Positions 50,407 through 60,432 of a stretch of 64,000 nucleotides of DNA are shown piece by piece. This DNA comes from Paramoeba atlantica (taxonomy: Eukaryota > Protista > Discosea). Both the position numbers and the translations under genes were made by a program. The notes beneath the pieces were generated by a model that worked only from the letters and a program-made list of their open reading frames with translations, was not told where the DNA came from and searched no databases. Numbering within the stretch: position 1 is the first letter of the stretch; each line of letters begins with the position of its first letter. The stretch lies in assembly GCA_977017575.1 (NCBI GenBank), contig CDRNVI010000178.1:124001-188000 (forward strand), read 5' to 3'.

Positions 50407-51029
50407 TGTTGGTGAGACCTGCTTCCAACACGGAAGTTGTGCCTTTCAGTGCCTTTTCAGTTCCTTGAGCCTCCCTGAGCCTTCCCTGAGCTTCCTTGAT
50501 GCCTTTTATCATGAGTTTTGGTCCTTTCGGAGAGCCCTGAGCCTCACAGACAGCCGCGCGCCATTTTATCGTGATTTTAGCCAAAATCACGAGATTTTTA
50601 GCGCTCTTTTTATTCAGTTTTCGCGTTCGTGTTTTTGCTTCTTTTTCTTGCCGCTTTGCCGCTTTCTGCTTTCTTTCTGCTTTCTTGTCACTCTCTCTCT
50701 CTCTCTTTGCTTTCCTTTGTGATCTTTTGGCTTGCCTTGCTTGCTTTCTGTTCTCTTCTTTTGTTGTCATCATCTTTTGTTGTTTTCTTCCTTCTTTGGT
50801 TGCTGTGTAGACTTGGGATTCCGATTTGAGTTGAGTTTCGGCGATTCTGTGCTTTTCTCAGTTGTGATTCCTTTTGTTGTTCTTCTTCTTGCTTTTCTGT
50901 TTCTTTGTTGTTGTTTTCTTGTTCTGTTTGTGTTGGCTGGGGATCTTTCCCATAAAGGTTTTGATCCAGAGTTTCTGTTTCTCTTTCTTTTCTCTTGTTT
51001 TCTCTGTTGATCCTGCTCCCCTCCTCACA
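50407..51029 (+). repeat. 3' LTR (623 bp)
   Basis: TG...CA, followed by TSD GATT. Confidence 0.97.
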
Positions 51030-53960
51030 GATTGAATAGAAAGTATTTGATAGGAAGTTTGGTTTTGTGGAATTGATTGAAAATTGTAATTTGGTTGGGT
51101 TTGAGAAGATTGAGGAAGTGGAAGTTGAATTATTGTTTGTGGAGTTGAAAATGTTTCATAAAAAGTTGGTTTTTGTTGAGGAAAAAATGGGTTGGATTGA
51201 ATTTGAATAACTTGAGGTATTGATGGTGGTTGATTTTGAATAAAAAGATAGGAGTTTGTTGCTCTTTCTTTGAATGGAATGGAGGTGGAATTTGATTGAA
51301 AAGACTGAAGTGGTAGTTGTTGAATTATAGATTTGTTTTGATTTATTGGATTGGAGGAAGTGGAATTAGAGTGGAATTGTTGAATGTGATCAAGTGTTGG
51401 TATGTTTGAAATCATTGGCTCAAAAGTTAGTGGATTGATGTTTAATTGTGATTGTTTCATTTTTGTTGAAGAAGAGTGGAGTATTAATTGACTGGAGATA
51501 GGTTTTTCAGGTTGTAAGGATTGGTCAGTTTCAATTGGTGAAGGAGATTGTTGAAGTTTTGGTGATTGGAGAAGTGGGGAACCTTGTGGAGATGAGGTTG
51601 CTGGTAATGAGTGATCAGTTTCCTTATTTGTGTTGGCTTTTTTTTGCTTTTTTTCATTTGGGAGGGAATTGAAAATGTAATCTTCTAAATGGTTGTGTCG
51701 TGTGGGACGCAGGGAGGGTTTTGAAGTTTGTTTCTTATTATTTTGAGGATATGCAGTTTGAGATTGCTTGGGGATCATTGAGGGAAGAGGAGAGGTTTCT
51801 TGGGCCCCCCCAAAGGTAAAAGAGAAGTGAAACAACCAAAGTTCAAGTACCCTGCCTTGCAAGTGTTTTATGATGGCTCTGGGCATGTAGACCCTCACAT
51901 CGGGGGATCTGGGTATGTGATTATTAAGGAAGGTTTGGAGGTTGGAGGTGGATTTGAAACAATCCCACTAAGTTCAAATAATTTGGGTGAGTTTTCAGGA
52001 TGCTTAGCTGGTCTACAACAAGTTATTGGCTTTGGGCAATGTGTAGAGATGGTGGGAGATTGTAAAATTCTGACTGAGGCAGTGCCTAAGACGAAACCGA
52101 TTGATAACTTTGAGCTCAATGAGATCCTATCTGAGATCAGAAATATTGTTGAGAGTAAATTTGCCAAAGTGGAGTACACTCATGTGTATCGTGAATTCAA
52201 CAAGAGGTCAGATGCGATTGCAATGGCAGCAAGTCACTCTGAAGAGGATGGGATGGAAGCTGTATTTGATAGGAACTGGGATCTAAGATCAAAACAACTA
52301 GCAACAACCAGTGAGGAATGGATTATCGAGAATTCCAAGCTGTGGAAGTGGGTGATGGAACCATTGGATTTGGATTGGAGCTTCCCTGTGAAGAAAGTTC
52401 AGTTTAAGAGGAGGTTTAAGGATAAGGTGATTACAACTAATAATGTTTACTTCCCAGTACAAGCTGCACTAGATGGGGTGATGATTTCTCCTGTGTTCAT
52501 TTCAGATGATATTGTTAAGTGGTTTCCAGAAAGAGCTGCACCTGGAGAGATGTTAGAAAGTTTTGTTGAAAAAGAAAACCAAAAATGGAAAGAGAAGTAC
52601 AAGCAAGCAAGGAATTGTTGGTTGAAGAGTGCAATGAGACCTTCCATTGTAAGGAAGATTATTAGGCCTATTAAGGTTGTTGAGAAGAAAAGAATTTTGA
52701 AAGAGATTTGAATGAGAAATAGAAAGAAACATTAGAGCTTTTGGCCACTAAGTTGGCACTGAAGTGGGTTGATCCTACTTAATTATAACAATTTAATTTA
52801 AGTGTATTCTTGGGTGTCCAGATTACACTTCATTTCAATAAATGACATCTCTGATGTCTAAAATTAAAAAAAAAAAAAAAAAAGAGAGGTTTCTTGGGCT
52901 GATTTTTCCTTCCTCTTGCGCTTTGGCATTTTCTTTCCTTGCTGAAACTCCTTTGAGGCTTTTTGGTTGGTTGATTTTTGCCAAGGGAGATGATGGTCAG
53001 TGTTCAAGGCCTTGATGAAGAGGTAATCAGAACTTGGAAAAAGAGAATCTACTCTGTTCAATTGAATCTTTTCTTTAATCAACAGTGTTGAGTGAATGAG
53101 TTCAAAAACATTCCTTGAATTGAGTGGTTTGGAGGGGTTCAACTTCTCTAAAATTGCTTGGTTGGTTGTAGGGAAATTATTTTCTCAAATAAAAATGAAA
53201 ACTTCATTCAGCAATGAATCAAGGAGTTTTTTCTTACTCAGAACCAGCAAATAATCCTTTAGAAGTAAAAGTGGGCACAGAGTTAGTGATGTTGATGGAT
53301 TCCATGGTTTATCATAAGAATTACTTCTAATGAAAAGGTTCCCTTGATTTGGAAAGGGTAAGCAGAGTTGGAGCAAGCAGGAATATTCTTATTTCCTCTG
53401 ACTACAGAGGGTTTCAACTTAACCAACAAGTGGTTTCTTTTCATCAAAGATAAGAGGCCTCAAAAGGGGAGGGAAAGTTTTGTTGCTTTGCAAATTCTGT
53501 AATTTTCCAGGATTCAAATACCAAAAGGAACCTTCTTCCAGAACCTCTTCCCAAATCCAGAACTGAGGGTAAGTTGAAAACTCACCAATTCCTGAGCTGA
53601 CTTTCCAGCAAACTGATGAAAAAAAAGTAATTTCCTTTTTTGTTTGTTCACTAAAGTTGAAATATTTGTTTTTCTTATAGTCAATTTGAGGTGAGTTTGT
53701 GTCCACTTTTATTATGGTTTCGAAGGTGGGGAGACTCATGCCAACCATAACATTCACTTCAAAAAATCCATTTTGGAACCACCACAATAATTTGAGTATT
53801 CAATGTAACCTAGGGCAAAATGCTGTGTTACAATCGAAATAATTGAATCCTTTGGAAATATCAGAGACTCCAACGAGATAATTGGTGACAAGTTTGGTGT
53901 TTTTTTCAATTTTTGATTTTGTAATTAAACTGGAAAACCAACCAAAGCAACAATCAAGAA
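51030..53960 (-). pseudogene. Unknown gene with Q/S/P-rich C-terminus, split by a LINE and by the chromovirus (continues at 40335-40150)
   Basis: Removing both inserts joins KEKSAQETS-PLPSMIPK and ILSIQS-PQQFQQNFNP in frame. Confidence 0.7.
51806..52883 (+). mobile_element. 5'-truncated L1-like LINE (RNase H + 3' end)
   Basis: FYDGSG...NNLGEF...VGDCK...NKRSDAIA; poly(A); 16-bp TSD GAGAGGTTTCTTGGGC (51790-51805 / 52884-52899). Confidence 0.95.
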
Positions 53961-54188
53961 ACCTCAATAATAAACTGAACTGTTTTGAATCTCAGAATTG
54001 CAATATAAACACTTTATTGTGGAAAGGAAAAGAAGATAAAAGTGGGAAACTGAGGGAAGAAAGGGTCAAAAGATCTTTTTTATAAAAAAACTTTTTTTGC
54101 TCTTTCATACTGTTTTTCCTCAATTCTTGAATTTATTGAATTATTTGAATCACAAAACACAGCCTTTTTTTCCCCTTTTTCAGTGCTT

Positions 54189-55816
54189 TATGGCTCATAA
54201 TGCATAGAGGGAAAAAAAAACCCACAAAGCACCAAAAAAAGGCAAAAAAAGGCAAAAAAAAGTCATGCACCAGTTTTTATTGAAATTTCAAAAAACACAA
54301 AAAAAACAAGCTTAAAAAAATCAAACAAGCAGCCCTGTAAATGTGCTGTGGACCACTTCCATGGTTGACTGGAGCACCAGAAGATGAGGATAAAGAGGAT
54401 GAAGAGGAAGAAGAGAAAGAAGAGGATGTGGAACCATACATCAACTGGGTGGCTCTTTGTTTTTGAGCAGTTGTTGAATTTGCAATGTAACCTTTTGCAA
54501 TCTGCAAATTTTTTCAATCCCCAGCATTCATTAAGTCCAATTTCATAGCTTCTGAATTGACTATTTCTGTTGCTTCTGTTCTCCAAAATGAATGTCTACT
54601 GTAAGACACTTCTTCTTGTGGCAATTCAAGGAAATCTACCATCTTCTGGACCAAGTTTGCAATGTAGTTTCTTCCAATTGAACTCTTGTTGAAAATTTGG
54701 TTCTTTGTACTGAAACTATTCCAGAGATGAGTGTTCTTTCTGAAATCTTTTCTGTGTGATTTTTCAAGGAGACCAAGATGCTTTTTCCAGAGTTTTACAA
54801 CATTTGCTTTTCCTCCATGAATAATGTAAGGGTGTGTTGTGAGTCCACCCTTCTTGTGTTGCAAATTGATCACCAAATGGTCATCTTTTAGCACCACATC
54901 TTGAACTTTTAATTGAAAAACCTCAATGGCTCTCCTCAAAGTGAAATAAGTACAAAGAGTGATTAAAGAATCTTGTTTTGCTTTGGCTTCATTGAATATG
55001 GGTGCTTTTTGACAAAGAAATTCTTTAATTTCAAGCCAAGTGAAAACACCAGCTTTCTTTTTCTTGTACTTCTTTTCAAATTTTTGCATCAACACATTCA
55101 CATCATGCAATTCCTTCAAGTTCACCCCATGAGCAAAGAGACAAAATTTCTTCACATGTGAAATTTTTGGAAAGAAGGAGCCAAAGGAAAGAATACACTT
55201 GCTGGTTTTTCCACTCAGAGGATACAAAAATTCTTTAAAAAATCGAAAAATCAACTTCTTGGAGAAAACCACTTCCTCTTGTTGGTCCAACCAGTATTGA
55301 AATCTACTGATTGCAATTAAAAACGGTCCAACAGATGTGCTTTCCTTCAGTTGACAAACACTTGGCTTTTTTTTGTTAAAAAACAGCACTTCCCAAGTGA
55401 GATGAGGGATGTTGATTATTAGTAGCAAATCCACTTTTTGCTTTGCTCTTTTTTCTTTCTTTCTTGAAGTTGCAGTGTCATTTTCATCATGCTTTTGTTT
55501 CACACCCTTGCTCTCCATCCTTAACAAAAAAGAAAAGAGTGACTTCTTTTTTCTTATTTTACTGTTACTTTTTTGAATTCAAATTTTTTGAATTTTCATT
55601 TCATTAAAAATAAATTGAAGGTTCAAAAAACAGAATTGAAGAAAAAACAACTTGCAATATAGCAAAAAATGTTGTTTACAACAAGTGTGCATTATAAAAA
55701 CAGAATTTAACTCATTCCCTTTCTCAGCTTTCAGGTTTTTTTTATACCTTCAGGCTAGAGGCCCTCAAGTCTAAAAGAAAACCCTCAAGCTTTGAAAGGA
55801 AACAAGTGCATTATGG
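54189..55816 (-). mobile_element. Crypton-like tyrosine-recombinase transposon
   Basis: Single YR gene bounded by TATGG direct repeats (54189-54193, 55812-55816) inside 21-bp quasi-palindromes. Confidence 0.8.
54277..55518 (-). pseudogene. Tyrosine recombinase (~413 aa, one internal TGA at 54514)
   Basis: KAGVFT..EI..FL; TLRRAIE (R); HKKGG (K); RHSFWRT (HxxR); GD*K (W site); AKGY (Y). Confidence 0.88.
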
Positions 55817-55852
55817 TTCATAAGGCACACCGGTGCAAAAACAGCTATTTTT

Positions 55853-56372
55853 GTGGGAAAGCAAAAATACTTTTTTTTTATTTCAACACTTCAAAAAGTT
55901 CAATTTGAAAAACTTTTTGAATTTTTTTATTGTTGAAAAATTTTAAAAAGAAGTAGTGGTTAAATATTTCAAATGAATTAAACTCCCTCTGAAAAGGATT
56001 TTTTAGTTTTATTGAAGGTTTAAAACTTTTTCTACAAAAACTTTTTTTTTTGTGGGGAAGTAAAAATACTCTTTTTTCATTTCAATACCTCAAAAAGTTC
56101 AATTTGAAGAATTTTTTGAATTTTTTTATTGTTGAAAAATTTTAGAAAGAAGTAGTAGCTAAATATTTCAAATGAATTAAACTTCCTCTAAAAAAGATTT
56201 TTTAGTTTTATTGAAGGTTTAAAACTTTTTCCACAAAAACTTTTTTTTTTGTAGGGAAGCAAAAATACTCTTTTTTTATTTCAACACTTCAAAAAGTTTA
56301 ATTTGAGGAACTTTTTGAATTTTTTTGTTGTTGAAAAATTTTAGAAAGGAGTGGTGGCTAAATATCTCAAAT
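55853..56372. repeat. 199-bp tandem repeat, ~2.6 copies
   Basis: Units start at 55853, 56052 and 56251. Confidence 0.92.
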
Positions 56373-56774
56373 ACAATTTGTGGGGCAGGCAGGCAAGGCA
56401 AAAAACTTGAAGAGTTTGAGAAAAATGGGCCACTTTCAAAACGCTCGTGAGATTTTACAAGAATTGAACATTTCTTGGAAAACTTATCAAAGCAAATCCA
56501 ATCAAAAATTTGGGATTTAAAAATTGAGGGAAGTGAAGGAAACCATGGTGTTTTTGAGTTTGAAGGAAGTGGGGTTTGTTTTTGAAGCTGTCTTCTTGCA
56601 CCTGATCACATGATTGCATGTTGAATGCATTCTACTTGGATCATTACTTCCAGGAGATTCCTTTCGAAGCTCAAAGAAAGGTCTTCACCTCCTTTGATTT
56701 TGCTTTTTTGACAAAAGAATTGAGAGTTAAATAATAAATGGGATCAGAAAGGTTGGTTTTGAATCTATCCAGAA

Positions 56775-57588
56775 TTGAATGATAGACCCAAAATTTTGGA
56801 ACAACTTTCAGATCAATCAGGTGGGTTTTTAAAGCACTTGAATTTATTGGTTGAGGAAAACTTTTTAAATGTCATTTCTGGGGATTTATACATTTCATCT
56901 CAGAGTGGTCATAATGACACATTTTTTTTATTCCCAGGTAGCTTCAGAAGAGGAGATTTACAAAATGTCAATTTTTCAATCTTTGCTTCTCTCTTTGAAC
57001 CCCCTTCTGCCAAAATGTAAGCAGAATGCTCAGGGGTGGAACCTCATAGCTCTTGGACTTCACAAAATTCAAAACTCTTTAATGAAATGGGTTCAAACTC
57101 AACATCTAACAGATGACATGAAGAAAATTCTTTTGTCCCTTTTAATTGTATATGAGATAAGAGAGTATTGCTTGATGAAGTGGATAATTGGATTAAAAAA
57201 GAATTCAAACTTTTTTGCAGAACAAATTGGGATGTATGAGAAATTTCAAACAGCTTGGAAGGAAACAGGAAAAGATATGAGAGTTCAACTTCCAATGAAA
57301 TGTACTCAACAAATTTGGATTGGAGGAGGCTGTGGAACCCTCCTCCACAAAGATGCTTCAAACTTCGGTTTGTCATTTTACCAATATTTGGGTTTCAATT
57401 GGGGGGAAAGTGATTGTGGTGTTGGTCTCCCCAAACTTTGAATCCTTTGGAAAAATTCACCAGAATCTGCAATGGCTATTTGTGCTTGTTGTTACTTTTA
57501 CATGAGTTTGCCACTTGATTTAGGGTTGAAAATGATAGGTGTGACTTTTGTTAATCATAAAAAAAAATCAAATCCTCTGAAAAACTAA
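56775..57588 (+). pseudogene. TET/JBP-like 2OG-Fe(II) dioxygenase homolog B
   Basis: CGTLLHKDASNFGLSF..YLG (HxD at 57346-57354)...GLPKL*ILWKNSPESAMAI.A..YFYMSLPL...KMIGVTFVN; one TGA in the core, probable frameshift near the 5' end. Confidence 0.6.
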
Positions 57589-57669
57589 ATAAAAGGAAAG
57601 CAACACACAAACCAAAGCCCTCAAAAAAATTGGTTAAAGTGAAATTGATAAAAAACTTGTAAATTTTAT

Positions 57670-59554
57670 TTCTCATCACCATCTTTTTTCAAAGAAATTT
57701 CAGTTTTGAGATTGTACATTCATGTGAGGAAAAGGTCTTCCTGAGCAGCTCAAATCAATTTTGGGTTTGTCACCACTTCACTTCTTTGATTTAAATTTGT
57801 TTGGGTTGCTCGAATTTCTTGTGGGATATCCAAAGAGGTTTGATATTGATTTGCTAAAGAATGGCTGTATCAAAAACAAAATCCAGTTGTGAGAACTTTA
57901 GTGTTCAGATTTGCAGAACCTTGTTGGCTACTCCAATAGAAGTGCATACAATCCAAGTAGTGGACCTGCTCCCCAGCTTCTGCTACCCAAGGTTGCAAAT
58001 TCCCAAACTGATAATACGTATCTGTTGCATGAGCTTCCAGAATGTGGAAATAAATTCACCAGGTGGAACCCATCTCCCCTCCCCAATCTATGAAGCTTTC
58101 CTTCCAAGAACCAATTTTTTTTTCAAAATTAATAGTGATTACTTCATGATTTGACCCTTTTGAAGGGTCACTTGTCAGCATTTGAAAACATTCTCAAAAA
58201 ATAACCCACAATGATGTTGTGGATGGTCAATTTGGATTGCAATAAAAGATTCTTTTGACATTTTCCAATACTTGCTGCATTTGAGTGCCCATGTATTGCC
58301 CCAATTTCCAATTTCCATCATCACCAACTTAGAATTGAAAAGAAATTTTGCATTTAGAAAACACAAAAACCAGCAACTTCAATGATTTGGTTTTCAATGA
58401 GTAATTCTTCTCAAATTGTTCTTTTGTGGAGCTTTTCTCATATTTTTCCTCCAGACAAGATTTCAACAAAAGGAAAAAGGAAGGTGAAGAAGAAGAAGAT
58501 GAAAAGGAAGAGGAAGAGGAAGAGGAAGAAAATGAAGATGAGGAGGATAAGAAAGATGAAGGTGAGTTCAACAATGAGGATGAAGGTGAGTTCAACAATG
58601 AGAATGAACATGAAGAGAAATCTTGAAAGTCAGCCCACCACTTTGCCATTAAATCAATTCTCAAGATTAAATGAACTGAGTTCTTTGGTATCTTTTACTT
58701 ACAAAAGTTTGATTTCCATTTGTCCTGCAATGACTCACTGTTCAATCCTTCCAACCATTTTTCCTCTTCTTGAAATTGTATATTCTCATTAGAATATTGA
58801 TAAAAAAGCAAGAAATTAAGTTCATCATGGCATTTCTGTTGAGACCTCCCCCAACCCCAATCTGAAAGTGTACTTTTTCTGGCATCCACTTATTTTCCTT
58901 CAATTCATTTTGAATTTGAGTTTTGGCAAATTCATCAAGAACAGTTTCAACAATATTCATTGCAGTCTCAAATTTTGTTTCAAAAAAGCTTCACTTTAAA
59001 ATGACATAATTTATCCACAATTCAAGAAATTTCATTCCATCAAATGTTTCATGGTCACAAAAAGCTTTCATCATATTTAGCAACCATTTTTATCCATTCA
59101 AGGTTTGAGGTGGGTTTGGAGGCAATTGATTCTTTTTGCTTATATTTTGTCCACTTTCCAAAAATCTTTGCTCTTCTTCCAAATACCTTCCAAAATATCA
59201 ATTTTCAGCTTCAAATTCAAAGAGAAAATCCTTCAAAAACAAAATTGACTCTTTGTTTTCAGTGATTGCAAGTAGTTCACACTGTTTTTCTTCTTCTGAC
59301 AACATCCCAGGAAGAGAATATATCTTTTTTTTGTTTTCAATTTCAATATTTAATAAACAAATTCATTCTTTCAATGGAGATGAGTAACTGCCACTTTGAG
59401 ATCACAAATTTTTAAGAGTCAATTGAACTTGAATGTTGAGCTTCTGATAAACAAGATGACAAGCAGTTTTGTGAAAGTTTTGAATTGCCTCAATCTTCCC
59501 CTTAACTTGGAAAAAATGAGATGAAAAGGTATTTGCTGGGTTCTTGGGGAAACC
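57670..59554 (-). pseudogene. RAG1/Transib-like DDE transposase, decayed, 5' end cut by copia A copy 2
   Basis: IYFHILEAHATDTYYQFGNLQPWVAEAGEQVH (~57960-58052) matches the spacing of the RAG1 H-x4-H / W-x2-E-x2-E motif; LILRIDLMAKW (~58650) is a candidate second Asp; first-Asp site reads QIGVGGG. Confidence 0.6.
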
Positions 59555-60081
59555 TGTTAGAATATCAGTATTCTTGGTTTGAAGAATGTTTGACTTAATG
59601 GAGAACATCATTTGTGAATTCTATGATCACGAGTTATGCTATCCTGAAGCGCCTCATCTTCCTCTTTCGAATGGTGCTAGTCCCATCTGAATCTGACAAC
59701 TACACACCGAGATATTGATCAATCATTGAATTGTGCCTTCAAAAATACCTTTGCCCTATTTCAGACCCAATTTGATTGCATAGTTTATTCTCCATATTCT
59801 GATCTTTCAGCCTGTGAATTTATTTGTGCTGACGTCATCTGTTGTTCCCTTCCTTAAACTTGTTGTGTCTTTGTGTCTCTTATGTGTGCTTTTATTTGTG
59901 TGTGTTTCTCTGTTTTTGCACTTGGTGTCACATTGTTAAATATGTGCTTGAAACCTGTTCATAAATAAACACATGAGAGACTTTGTTTTTTTCACGTTTC
60001 TGGCTCTCACCATGGAATGAAGTTTGCACCTTTCTTTTCTTTTCTCAGCAATCTTCTTCCACCAAACCCCACCACTTGACA
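59555..60081 (+). repeat. 5' LTR of copia A copy 2 (527 bp)
   Basis: TG...CA; matches 1666-2192. Confidence 0.93.
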
Positions 60082-60105
60082 GATTAAGAGTCTAGGCTCT
60101 CTGCC
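60082..60105 (+). promoter_or_regulatory. PBS, half-tRNA-Lys(CUU) type
   Basis: GATTAAGAGTCTAGGCTCTCTGCC. Confidence 0.7.
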
Positions 60106-60432
60106 TGATCTTGTCATCAGTAGAACTTCAGTGTTTTACACCTTTTTTTGTTTTATTTTTTGTTTTATTTTTGTTTTATTTTCTGTTTTTTTGTTTTTTG
60201 TTTTTGTTTTTGTTTTCACTCATTCGCACCTGTTCTCTCATTCGTTCAACAACTTCACTCAATTTCTTTTTATTGCTCTTGCTCTCTTGTTCCTTTTGCC
60301 TGTCTTTCTGTTTGTTTTAATTATGTGTTTTCACAATTTTGTGTGGTTTTCGCAGTTTTTCTTGCTCATCTCCTCCTGTTGCTGTTTCTTGCCTTTCTCT
60401 CTCACTCTCTTACATTCGCCACATCCTCAACT

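Larger units (their letters stand above)
40336..51029 (+). mobile_element. Young chromodomain-containing Ty3/gypsy LTR retrotransposon (10,694 bp)
   Basis: Two LTRs, PBS, PPT, 4-bp TSD GATT, pol order PR-RT-RH-IN-chromo. Confidence 0.97.

Noticed and set aside
55826-55848. Canonical RSS (heptamer-12/23-nonamer)
   Set aside because: A CAC start and an A-rich GCAAAAACA are present but without a 12- or 23-bp spacer; kept only as a candidate Transib-type end.
58426-58626. Acidic plus-strand ORF as an independent gene
   Set aside because: Short low-complexity tract antisense to the transposase frame, without supporting context.
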